Shown here one piece after another: positions 1 through 11,802 of a DNA stretch of 64,000 nt. The notes beneath the pieces were generated by a model. That model made no database searches. It had not been told where the DNA came from and saw nothing but the letters and a program-made list of their open reading frames with translations. Numbering within the stretch: the first letter of the stretch is position 1; each line of letters begins with the position of its first letter. This DNA is from Eledone cirrhosa (Eukaryota), in NCBI GenBank assembly GCA_964016885.1, contig OZ024741.1:51336001-51400000 (forward strand), given 5' to 3'. A program made the translations under genes and the position numbers.

Positions 1-42
<42 letters not shown>

Positions 43-308
43 AGAAAGTATGACCCCGATGGCAGAGCTCAAGCCGTTTCGACGGCTATTTCTGGACTAA
101 ACTAATTTTGAGATAGAGTGCTCGGGATTTTTTTAAATTCACGAGCACTCTATCTCAAAATTATTTTTGAAAAGCATAAGAAATGCGCAACAGGTAAAAA
201 CTTAGAACTAAAACTGAATACTAACTAATATTTATTACTAATTTATACTTATTCCTAATTAAACTATTTTTCACTGGGAAAAATTTGTCAGCATTTTCTT
301 TTCAATTT

Positions 309-435
<127 letters not shown>

Positions 436-570
436 CATGCGGACACGTACATATACATGAATATATCCACATATATCCTTGAGTTAGTGGTACCAACCTC
501 AACCCATGTTGCTCTATGAATAACTGGGACAGGGCTAACCGAATGGATTAAATTGATTCAGTATCAGAGC

Positions 571-1340
571 TATATAATACATTATGAAGAGAGAAGAAAC
601 ATTAGATATAATTAGTAATAAGATATATCATACCTAAACTGCTTCTATAGTCCCCGACTACGTAGTTTCGTGGCATATTATGCAAAAACACTACATCATA
701 GAGATATAGAGTTTTTGTGAGGTCTGCTGACTTGTCAAGAGGTTACTTCATTAAGGGTTTCAAAACACGTCCGTAAGATGCGAGATAGAATCCCGAAAGG
801 CGGAGGGAGAGTCAATCATGTGATACAGCGGTCAAGAAACATAGCTCAGCCTCTTATAACCCTGAAAAAATACCACGGAGTGTATCTGTGTGTTTCTCTA
901 TATATTGTTTATAACTCCCTTTGGTCGAGTAACCTTTGAAGTGTAGTGACTGCTGGAAAACTACCATTACTCATACTTCTTGCCTCCTTAACCACTTCTT
1001 CTACGGCCTTGATATAAATACCCCCTCTGCCTCCGTGGTATTTTTTCAGGGTTATAAGAGGCTTAGCTCTGTTTCTTGACCGCTGTATCACGTGATTGAC
1101 TCCCCCTCCGCCTTTCGGGATTCTATCTCGCATCTTACGGACGTGTTTTGAAACCTTTAATGAGGTATCCTCTTGATAAGTCGGCAGACCTCACAAAAAC
1201 TCTATATCTCTGTGGTGTAGTGTTTTTGCATAATATGCCACGAAACTACGTAGTCGGGGACTATAGAAGCAGTTTAGGTATGATATATCTTATTACTAAT
1301 TATATCTAATGTTTCTTCTCTCTTCATAATGTATTATATA
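571..1340. repeat. about 310-bp inverted repeat with about 150-bp spacer
   Basis: 571-880 is the reverse complement of 1031-1340 with 11 mismatches counted by eye. Confidence 0.92.
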
Positions 1341-1612
1341 TATATATATATATTTCTCTATCTATCTATCTCTCTCTCTCACTCTCTCTCTCTCGCTTTC
1401 TCTCCTTCACACGCACATATACAAACGTACGCACGCGCGCGCGCGCACTCACAGACACACACACACCACACACACACACATATATATATATTATAAAGAG
1501 TCGGGACCTGACGACTGAGCTCTTGTATCAACAGCTAGTTCCAGAGTGTCATATTATATATATGTGTGTATGTGTGTATGTGTCTGTGTGTGTGTTATAT
1601 AGAAATATATAT

Positions 1613-1679
<67 letters not shown>

Positions 1680-1802
1680 ACATACACATATGCATGCATA
1701 AAAGGATAGAAAGGAAGAGATATAAATAAAAGTGGGCTGTATATAAGTATACATACAATAGTATGTATATAGTTTACTTACATCTAGTTCTATCTTTCCT
1801 GA

Positions 1803-1849
<47 letters not shown>

Positions 1850-1853
<4 letters not shown>

Positions 1854-2885
1854 TAGTCCTTCATCAGTGATCTTCCAACCATCATTGGTATTTCATCGCT
1901 TTAAAGACCATATACCTCCGGTTGGTGCGAGCAACGGCTAAAGAAAGTCGTTGGGACACGTAAATAAGGGGAACGAGCGAGAATGTAAACAAACAAGATG
2001 GTAAAGCAAAATCTGGGACTTGACTCTTTCTTCCTCACTTTTCGTTGCTTTACCATCTTTGTTTGTTTACATTCTCGCTCGTTCCCCTTATTTACGTGTC
2101 CCAACGACTTTCTTTAGCCGTTGCTCGCACCAACCGGAGGTATATGGTCTTTAAAGCGATGAAATACCAATGATGGCTGGAAGATCACTGATGAAGGACC
2201 ACTTTATTCATATGTAACCCATTTGCAACCACGCAGCACGTTTGTTTTCATATTTACACATATATTTTCCCCCGCTGTGACCCGTCTATTTCGTTCTTAC
2301 TGCTTCCTCTTTCTCTGTATATTTACCCTCTCTAACAGTCACTCTCTCTGTTAGCCTCTTCCTCACCCTTCACTCACTCACTCTCTGCTACTACCTCTCC
2401 TACTTCCTCCCGTTTGACCTGTGCGTAATTCTTTTCTCGCGCACGCTTGACCAGGCTGGTTGTTCCTTTTTTCTCTCTTGTCTACGATTTCACAGAACTT
2501 ATGTTCACCGAATTCAAGGACTAGACTCCTTCTTCCTCCCGTTTGACCTGTGCGGAATTCCTTCCTTGCTCACATTTCGACTAGGTTTGATGGTCTTTAT
2601 TCTCTCTCGCTCACGATTTCACCGAACTTATATTCATGGAAATCTGGGACTTGACTCTTTCTTCCTCACTTTTCGTTGCTTTACCATCTTTGTTTGTTTA
2701 CATTCTCGCTCGTTCCCCTTATTTACGTGTCCCAACGACTTTCTTTAGCCGTTGCTCGCACCAACCGGAGGTATATGGTCTTTAAAGCGATGAAATACCA
2801 ATGATGGTTGGAAGATCACTGATGAAGGACTAACTGTATTCATATGTAACCCATTTGCAACCACGCAGCACGTTTGTTTTCATAT
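1850..2885 (+). mobile_element. Penelope/retrozyme-like non-coding element: 631-nt period direct repeat plus adjacent inverted copy
   Basis: 2011-2255 repeated at 2642-2886; 1850-2010 is the reverse complement of about 2040-2200; flanked by (TA)n and (CA)n(TA)n. Confidence 0.7.
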
Positions 2886-2886
2886 T

Positions 2887-3616
<730 letters not shown>

Positions 3617-3619
<3 letters not shown>

Positions 3620-4494
3620 GAAGTGATATATTTGATATATCTCATATGAAATGATACAGCCAATTTTCCACACAATACAATTAGTTAGCACCCCGAACGT
3701 TTAATTAGGAATATACTCAGGTATTTCCTAATGTTTGTTGAGTGAGTTGGAATTTGGCCGGAGTATCGCTATTAGCTTTCTCCGATTATGTATTTATATA
3801 TTTACTCTTGGAGCAACAGATATGAACTTTCCCGATATAAAGTATGACTGTCTTTGTTTATTTTATATGAATATTGATTGTTTGTTCTTGTATCTCATTC
3901 TGTTATTTTGCCCGAGAAAATATCTATATGTGTCATTAAGCGATGCGCACATATGGTTATTTTTTCATATCCAATTGAGTTCTTAGCACGTGGCTTGAAT
4001 TCTTTTCAGAATTCAATGACCTGCGCATGTATTGTTTTTGGCGGTAATCTCCTTCCTCCTATTTTCGAGACAGTGTGAGATTTTCTTTAGAACTGCTGAA
4101 CTAACAACCTAGCAGCTCTCTCAAGCACTGATGGTGATTATCGCTAAATATTGATGTTGATTTGGTTATCAATATTAATATTATTGGGCACCCACTGAAG
4201 AATTATAAGAGCCGACTTGAATAAGTATCTGTTGATCTTATACAAGCTTCTACATAAATTGGTATAATTTCACCCAACTTGTAGAAATCTTATAATGAAA
4301 TGAGTCGTCTGGGAAATGATATATTTGATATATCTCATATGAAATGATACAGCCAATTTTCCACACAATACAATTAGTTAGCACCCCGAACGTTTAATTA
4401 GGAATATACTCAGGTATTTCCTAATGTTTGTTGAGTGAGTTGGAATTTGGCCGGAGTATCGCTATTAGCTTTCTCCGATTATGTATTTATATAT
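3617..4494 (+). mobile_element. retrozyme-like non-coding element: 693-nt unit plus about 185-nt direct repeat, in (TA)n
   Basis: 3617-3801 repeated at 4310-4494 (one mismatch seen); HHR ends at the repeat junction. Confidence 0.8.
4191..4313 (+). ncRNA. type I hammerhead ribozyme with long stem II insert; predicted cleavage after C4309
   Basis: ccca/tggg stem I; CTGAAGA 4195-4201; attataaga/tcttataat stem II; GAAA 4297-4300; tgagtcg stem-loop III; TC. Confidence 0.85.
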
Positions 4495-4534
4495 ATATAT
4501 ATAAATGCGTGTACATGTGCGCATGTGGGTGTGA

Positions 4535-4604
<70 letters not shown>

Positions 4605-4818
4605 TTCTTTATTTACCATAAAGGCATAAAAAGAAGGGACAAATACAAAGGGGGAGTTTACATATAATCGAGTAAAAAGGGTGTAACATGAAAATAATCG
4701 AAAATAACCTCAAAAGGGAGGGGACGTGATGGGGGTTGCACACACCCCCGAAAAAGTGTGCAATCCTTTGCCCGGGGAGCACATGGAGAAGGTGCTCCCC
4801 TCTCCATTACTTCTTTAC

Positions 4819-7800
4819 CTACAGGATGGTATACAGAGAAGGCCCATTTACACGAACCATTCTCGCCACTATCACCCACCTTTCATAAAACTGCCTGTGG
4901 CCAAGCACCTCTCTCTCCATTCTTATCCTTCTTCCGAAGTGATATCGGAAGAAGTAGACCAGACTATGGCCAGAGAGGAAGTTGCCTGACCTCAGACCTT
5001 TCAATCGTGTCCACCAAACAACCTCTTTCAACATGGCTATTACGTACAGAAAAACCGCCTTTGCTTCCTTTGTGAAGAGGGGAGGCGGTTTGATTGTCAT
5101 CACGGACTCGGCGGTCAATTTAATCGGCGCCACCTGCGACAGCAGTCGTTCGGTGTAGCCCCACAGATCAGCCACGCCCGGACATTGCACCAATGCGTGC
5201 GCAACGGTTTCTTCGTGACGTACGCATCTAGGGCAAATCTTTTTTGAGGGATCCCTGCCCGGGCGCCCGTGTCTGTAGAGCCTCTCTCGAACGGGTAGAG
5301 CACCCCGGTAGCACTGCCAGGCCAGTGACTTCTGGAAGTTGTCCATTGGTCCTGGGCCGAAAGTCCTACCGAACAGGCTGGCCAGTTCGTCTTCTTCCAT
5401 GTCCAGCGACTCTCCAAGGGTGTCATCGCCCCTGCTAGCCACCAGCCCTCTATAGAATGATGAGGTGGATTCTCCACCGATGGCCTGGCCCGCTTGCCAG
5501 AGAGCCCTGAGCGCCTGAGCACACTCAGTGTGCCAGTCTCCCAGTTTTCCGGATCTTTGCTTGACCCAGGACTGTAGCTCGGTGAGCGAGACGAGTCTCG
5601 GAAAGGCTCGTTTCACGAACGGAGCCCACACCGGTTGACCAGTGAGGAATACCTGTAGGTGCCGTAGCCTTAATGCGTGCCTACGCATCATCAACCACGG
5701 CATCCCCAGCCCTCCTTTCGAAGGTTGTTGGCAGCAGATGGATCTTCTCACCATAGGAGGGCGCTTCTTCCAAAGAAATTGGAAGAGCATGCGTTCCATG
5801 GTGGTGAGTGTTTCCTTAGGGCAAGGCACGACAGTCAGGCGGTAGTAAGTGACGGACGCTATGTAAATGTTCGCCACCTCCGCCCGGCCTTTTAGGGACA
5901 GCTTACACTTGGCCCATTTCTGGGTTAGTGCAAACACCTTGTTCGCAACCTCGTTCCAGTTCTTTTCCACCTGGAGGTCCGGTCCAAACCAGACCCCAAG
6001 CAACTTTACCGGGCCCTCCGTCCAGTGTCCGACGACACCGTCAGGAGGCATCAGTCTGCCTCTCCACGTTCCGAGTTGCAGCCCGATGGATTTTTCCCGG
6101 TTCAGTTTCGCTCCTGACAACCTTTCGTACTCCTCCAGTAAGGTACCGATCGCCTCGATCTCCGAGTCGGTCGATACCATTACTGTTACGTCATCGGCGT
6201 AGGCCGACACCGCTTTGCTCAATCCTGGTTCCAGGGGGATACCCTGCAACAACTCCAACTTCCTCAGTAAAGGCTCGAGAGTCAATACGTACAGAAGGGA
6301 GGAGAGAGGGCACCCCTGTCGAATGGATCGTGTGATTTCGAACGGCTTCGAAAGGTAGCCGTTCATCTTGATCCTAGAACAGATGTGGTTGCTATGTAGG
6401 GCAGTGATCCAGCCTCTGAAAACAGGACCGAACCCAGCCGCCGCTAGCACCGCATCCAGGTAACCATGGTCGACCCTATCGAAGGCCTTAGACTGATCCA
6501 AGTTGATCAGGGCCCCACCGAAGCCGGGTTTGTTGCCAACCCTCTCTATGATGTATCGCATGAGGTGGAGGTTATCGTGAATGGACCTGGATGGGATAGC
6601 ACATGTCTGCGCATCTCCCACCAGGCCACCCACGACAAGCGCCAACCTCTTTGCTAACACCTTGGCCAAAATCTTTAACTCTGTGTTTAGCAGGGTTATG
6701 GGCCGAAAATTATTTATACTATCCCCCTTGTTCTCGTCCTTCCTCACCAGCGTGACTACGCCCTTGGCTACAGAACAAGGAATTCTCCCGTTCTGCTGCC
6801 AATTGCAGTAGACCGCTTCGAGGAGTTCGGAGAAGAAGACCGGCATTGCTAAATAAAGTTCGTAAGGTATACCATTGAGACCTGGAGATTTGCGTCTGCT
6901 GCATTGGCTCAGCGCATCTCCGATCTCATCAGCCGAGATTGGTCCCTCGCAGGACTCTGCCTCTTCGCTCGAGAGACGCGGCAGGCCGTCGAGGTATGGA
7001 CCGAAATCCACGCCCCCCCCCCCCCCCGGACCCTCTCCTCCCCCGAACAATCGGGCAAAGTGCCTTTGAAAGGCCTCGCACATCTGCTTAGGCTCCCGGA
7101 TCACCCGTCCATCTTCGTCTTGCAACGACCGGATGGTGGATCGATTTCCACTCTTAGCTTCTGTCACGCGGGCCCATCCAACGGCTTTGGCCCCCTCATT
7201 ACCTAGAGCACGTATTTTACTTCGAATGACGCAGCCTTCGTGCTTTGCATCGAAAAACTGGTTCAAAGCCGTCCTCGATGCCAGCACTCTGGCCACATCT
7301 TCGCTCTTGATTGCCTCTTCTAATTTACCTGTTAATTCTTTCTCGTTTCTATTCCTATCGGCAGCTAACATCTTGCTATAACTTATTGATTCTGTTCTAA
7401 TCTCTCTTTTGAGAGATGCCCACCATCGGTTGTTGACGATTGCACCCGTCAACCTCTCCTTAACTAATCTGCTAATCCGGTTTCTGTAAGTCTCTTTTGC
7501 CGGTAAAGACAAATTAAGTTTCCAGTAACCGGGACCCTGTCTATGTGTTTTCTCGAGATTGACCACGCAGGTCACTAATTTGTGATCCGTGTAGCCAACC
7601 GTGCGCATTTCTGGACAGCTTAATATGTCCCTATCCTTACTTCTAACTAAGAATCTATCTAAGTACGATCTAGATTGACCACTGTGGTTTCTCCAAGTCC
7701 AGGTAGGCACAGTTGGAAAATCTAGTCGATATCTATCGACCAAGTTAAAACGGTCGAGTAACCCCTTGAGGCTGTTACACCCCCCTCTATTAGGACATGC

Positions 7801-8262
7801 TCCTGCATAGTCCCAACGTGCATCCAGGATGTCATTCCAATCCCCCGCTAGAAGCAGGGAACGCGACGTTCCCAAAAAAGTCTCCAAACGCTGGAAGAAG
7901 TCGGGCCGTTCAGCTCCGAAAGGGGAGTAGACGGCGACCAGTCTCAAGGCCGCACTTTCACTACTGCCAACGTCTAGCACCAACAAACGACCCTCCGGGT
8001 CCGAGTGCACAACCTGTACGGCAAGACCCAGGTGTTTTTGCAGCAGTACGACAACCCCACCCCCACCTCCAGGTTGACAGAGAGATGCATGCACCTCAAA
8101 GTCATCGAAGGTGGGGGCCAGCTGCCGCACGACGCTGATTCGAGTCTCACAGATAACCATTACATTTATACTACATGACCTGAGGTCATTTAGAAGCTTT
8201 GCTTGCTTCCAAGTTGAGCCCAAGCCACGTGCATTCAAACATCCTACTCTTAACACATCCAT
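4819..8262 (-). CDS. LINE ORF2: APE endonuclease + reverse transcriptase + C-terminal Cys/His motif
   Basis: LNARGL, GDWN, SYLDRF, YTDH (APE); FRPITLLN, LDQSKAFD, QGCPLS, YADD (RT); CPRC..ETVAHALVQC; 1147 aa open. Confidence 0.97.
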   Translation of the reverse strand: MDVLRVGCLNARGLGSTWKQAKLLNDLRSCSINVMVICETRISVVRQLAPTFDDFEVHASLCQPGGGGGVVVLLQKHLGLAVQVVHSDPEGRLLVLDVGSSESAALRLVAVYSPFGAERPDFFQRLETFLGTSRSLLLAGDWNDILDARWDYAGACPNRGGCNSLKGLLDRFNLVDRYRLDFPTVPTWTWRNHSGQSRSYLDRFLVRSKDRDILSCPEMRTVGYTDHKLVTCVVNLEKTHRQGPGYWKLNLSLPAKETYRNRISRLVKERLTGAIVNNRWWASLKREIRTESISYSKMLAADRNRNEKELTGKLEEAIKSEDVARVLASRTALNQFFDAKHEGCVIRSKIRALGNEGAKAVGWARVTEAKSGNRSTIRSLQDEDGRVIREPKQMCEAFQRHFARLFGGGEGPGGGGGVDFGPYLDGLPRLSSEEAESCEGPISADEIGDALSQCSRRKSPGLNGIPYELYLAMPVFFSELLEAVYCNWQQNGRIPCSVAKGVVTLVRKDENKGDSINNFRPITLLNTELKILAKVLAKRLALVVGGLVGDAQTCAIPSRSIHDNLHLMRYIIERVGNKPGFGGALINLDQSKAFDRVDHGYLDAVLAAAGFGPVFRGWITALHSNHICSRIKMNGYLSKPFEITRSIRQGCPLSSLLYVLTLEPLLRKLELLQGIPLEPGLSKAVSAYADDVTVMVSTDSEIEAIGTLLEEYERLSGAKLNREKSIGLQLGTWRGRLMPPDGVVGHWTEGPVKLLGVWFGPDLQVEKNWNEVANKVFALTQKWAKCKLSLKGRAEVANIYIASVTYYRLTVVPCPKETLTTMERMLFQFLWKKRPPMVRRSICCQQPSKGGLGMPWLMMRRHALRLRHLQVFLTGQPVWAPFVKRAFPRLVSLTELQSWVKQRSGKLGDWHTECAQALRALWQAGQAIGGESTSSFYRGLVASRGDDTLGESLDMEEDELASLFGRTFGPGPMDNFQKSLAWQCYRGALPVRERLYRHGRPGRDPSKKICPRCVRHEETVAHALVQCPGVADLWGYTERLLSQVAPIKLTAESVMTIKPPPLFTKEAKAVFLYVIAMLKEVVWWTRLKGLRSGNFLSGHSLVYFFRYHFGRRIRMEREVLGHRQFYERWVIVARMVRVNGPSLYTIL

Positions 8263-8295
8263 GTGGGCGGCAGAGCCAAAGGAGAGTGTAGAGAC

Positions 8296-10198
8296 CTACC
8301 TTTCCGCTTCCCGAGGTTCGGGTTGCACGACTTCCATGGGGTCGGGGGTGTTGGGTGAAGGGGTGTCTTGTGGTGGTGTGGGGTCGTCAGTGTGTGGTGG
8401 GGTTGGGGTGTTTGGAGTTGTGTTGGGGAGGGGAAGGGGAGGGGGAAAGCTTTTTAGTAGGACGCGGTTTATGGGTTTGACAGAGGGTGGTCCTACGTCC
8501 TCCTTAAAATCCTTTTTTAGTTTTTGGTAGAGGTTCATTGGGATCTTTATTAGTTTTAAATGTGGGTAGTTTTCTGACGAAACAAAGTTTACACCTTCGG
8601 TTTGTACCGAAGGATTATTGTATATGAGTTCATTTAGTTTATTATTGTTTCTGTTGATGTAAGTATAGTGTAATGTCTTTTTTTCCGATGGTGTGAGTGT
8701 TTCGAAGAGGGGAGGGGCAGGTTTGGTTTTGTTTGTTGCTGGAGGGGTGTTTTCTGTTTTGTTGGATTGTGTTGAGATTTGGGTGGGGGTTGTTTGTCCT
8801 TGTGTGTTTTGCACATGTTTTCTTTTTTTCCTTTTAATCTGTCTCAAGGACTCCGTTTCTTCCTCCGAATTCGTTGGGTTATCTTCAGTGTTGGAGGGAA
8901 GAGGTATGTTTGCTGGTAATGTTTCCGTGTTGGTTTTCTTTGTGGGGGAGATGGATGTCACTATGTTAGACTGTGTTGTGTGTTGTGTCTGCGGTGGTTG
9001 TGTTGTTTTATTGACTGAGGGGTTGGGTGGGCCTGTATTTTGTTTTGGGGTAATGTGTTGTGACTGTTTGTGTTGTGGTGGTGTTGTGGTTTTACTGAGG
9101 GACGGGTTGGGTGGGACTGAGTTTTGTTGTTTGTTTATCTGTTGTGGTGGTGGTGGTGGAGCTGGTGTTGGTAGCAGGGTTTTCTTTTTGTTGAGTTGGG
9201 GACAAGCGGCCTTCAGGTGCCCTCTGCCTGCACAGATATGGCAGGACGGCCTTCTCCCCTCCACGCTAATGTTTATATACCCGTGGTCCTCTAATAGGAT
9301 TCTGTCGGGTATTTGGGCGATGCGTTCAGGCTTCATTTGCACTACCAGCTCTATACCTGTTCCACTGAACCCATTGCCTGTGGTTTTCCCAATGGAAATC
9401 ACGTTGTCATTCACTGGATCGATGAAACCAGCTATGAGCCAGCAGTAGTCCACATCTGGCATCATTGCATCCAGCCATATGCGTTGAGTTCTTTTCCCCA
9501 TATAAGATGGATAAAAGGTGAAATTTTTCGAACGAATCGGTGACAAAGCACATTTTTTTGCCGCCGATTCGTTCTTCATGATAATTGCTAGGCTTCCATA
9601 CAGTCTGTCTTTTCTTATGAAAGTGGTTTCATTAAGTACTTCTGTGAGTACTGTTTTGATATCTGCTTGAGAAGGCTGTTCAGGTTTTTTTGTACTGTTG
9701 TTGATGGTCCGAAACTTGACCGTTCGGCTTTCAATGTCTTTCGTGAATTCTTGAGGCATTTTTACCGATAAAATACCATTCTCTCCTTCACTTATGTATT
9801 GTTTGGCGTCCGTGATCCTTCGTACCACATCTGAAATGTTTTCCGCTATATAAGTCAAAGATTTCTTTGTTTTCTGTGCAAATGAAATCTTGTCGTCTGC
9901 TTTGTTTTCTGATATGGTGTTATTTTCAACTGTTATTTTTGTGTTTGTTGTGTCTTTGTTTGTGTTATTAGTATTGTCATGCAATTTTTCAAATATTTTT
10001 TTTTTCGTTGTTGGAATCCAAGTCCAGATTTGTGTTTTCGTCATTTAATTTTTTCTCCGCAGATTCGTCTGTTTTTATTTTAATTTTTCCTTCCTTCTCT
10101 ATGACGTTAGTTGGGAAGGAAGGGAGGACTAAAGCGTGCGAGCTTACAACTCTTACCGCTGTCCCCCCACCACTATTTTCGTTCGCTGCGTTTAACAT
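8296..10198 (-). CDS. LINE ORF1 (gag-like, CCHC zinc knuckle); probable frameshift in A10 run near N-terminus
   Basis: CHICAGRGHLKAACP knuckle; Pro/Thr-rich C-terminal half; ORF 9989..10198 overlaps ORF 8296..10044 across homopolymer 9996-10005. Confidence 0.85.
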
Positions 10199-10814
10199 TT
10201 CTGTTAGACGATTGAAATTTTTTACACAAAATTTTTTAAAACAGGTTTTTCACCTCTAGGAGGGGTAAAGATGAGCTGATCCACCGCCTGACAGTTCAGA
10301 CGGAGGGTCAAGCTACACAATTGTATCAAAATTAAGTTTGAACTCACAAAATTTCCTCAATAAATTTGAACAAAACTTCTGTGCGAAGTGAATGACATCC
10401 ACACTGTAGAACAGACGACAGCTAGATTATATATAGATAGATAGATAGATAGGTAGATAGATATACGAGATCCGTCAAAAACGTAACCGACCTTTTTTTC
10501 CTACGGTAAATAATGACGTCAGAGATACAAGGTGTGCAAAGTAGAACCGCATATATTTATGCACATTTATAGTTTTCGGCGAACACACTGGATGCTTCAG
10601 TTGCTGTCGTGCAGCAAGTGTGTAAGTTGTTGTACTACTCACACGTCGTAGTTTCATTTCGCCCGATGCTGCCCCACAAGGATCTTGAGTTACTAAAGTA
10701 GATTACATGTAGGAGTACGTAGACGACCCGAAATGTGGCCCAGTCAGAACAGGAGGACTGTTTCAGTTCCTTTGGGTTTCTTGTTGGTGGTGTATGTGGT
10801 GCATCTCAGCAAAA

Positions 10815-11390
10815 TATTTTGATGGTGATAGTGCTGGTGCTGGTGCTGGTGTTTGTGTTGGTGATAGTGGGGATGGTGGTGGTGGTGGTCTGGTGGTGGT
10901 GATAGCTGTAGTGGTGATGGTGGTGGGGGGTGGGGGGTGATAGCTGTGGTGGTCGTGGTGGTGGTGGTGATAGCTGTAGTGGTGATGTTGGTGGTCGTCG
11001 TCGTCGTCTTGGTGTTGGTGATAACTGTAGTGGTGATGGTGGTGGTGGTGATAGCTGTAGTGATGGTGGTGGTGGTGGTGATAGCTGTAGTGGTGATGGT
11101 GGTGGTGGTGGTGGTGGTGGTGGTGGTGGTGGTGGTGGTGGTGGTGGTGATAGCTGTAGTGGTGATGGTGGTGGTGGTCTTGGTGTTGGTGTTGGTGATA
11201 ACTGTAATGGTGGTGGTGGACTTGGTGTTGGTGATAGCTGTAGTGGTGATGGTGGTGAAGGTGGTGGCGGCAGCAGAGGGTACTGGAGACGATGATAGCT
11301 GCAGTTGTTGTGGTGGTGGTGGTAGCAGTGGTGGAAGGTACTGGAGATGGTGGTAGCTGTGCTGGTGTTGGTGATGGTGGAGTGGTGGGG
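10815..11390 (+). repeat. (GGT)n-based compound repeat with periodic GATAGCTGTAGT
   Basis: Directly visible; source of the spurious poly-P/G/V ORFs. Confidence 0.9.
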
Positions 11391-11802
11391 TTTAAAAGGT
11401 GAAAAAGTGTACTTCATCAGACAGAAGCCTTATCTGAAATGTCTTGTATATGTATATAATGGTATAATGGAAGTAGCGGGTAATGGGTGGAGGAGAGTGG
11501 TGATGTGAATGTCATTCGGTTATTTAAATGAGAAAGATGGCGAACGAAGAGTGCTGAATGATGAGAAATAACAACAACAACAGCAATAATAATAATGGTT
11601 TCTATTATAGGCACAGGACCAACACTATTTGGGGAGGGGAAAGTCGATTAAATCGACCCCAGTGCATTACTGGTACTTTATTTTATCGACCCTGTAAGGA
11701 TGAAAGATAAAGCTAGCCTCGGCGGGATTTGAACTCAGAACTTAAAGGGTCGTAACTTTATGCCGCGAAGTATGTTGTCCAACGCTCTACCGATACTGCC
11801 AA

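Larger units (their letters stand above)
4604..10425 (-). mobile_element. near full-length L1/Tx1-clade non-LTR retrotransposon
   Basis: Two tandem ORFs; 3' UTR ends AATAAAGAAA followed by (TCTA)n; 5' flank also (TCTA)n. Confidence 0.93.

Noticed and set aside
571-1340. A-to-I editing signature fixed between the inverted-repeat arms
   Set aside because: The 11 mismatches are mixed types in both directions; too few to support the claim
5115-9543. Overlapping and antisense ORFs within the LINE
   Set aside because: Shadow frames of GC-rich ORF1/ORF2
10806-11417. Proline-rich extensin-like ORF
   Set aside because: Arises from a (GGT)n compound repeat that is open in several frames; no splice or homology support
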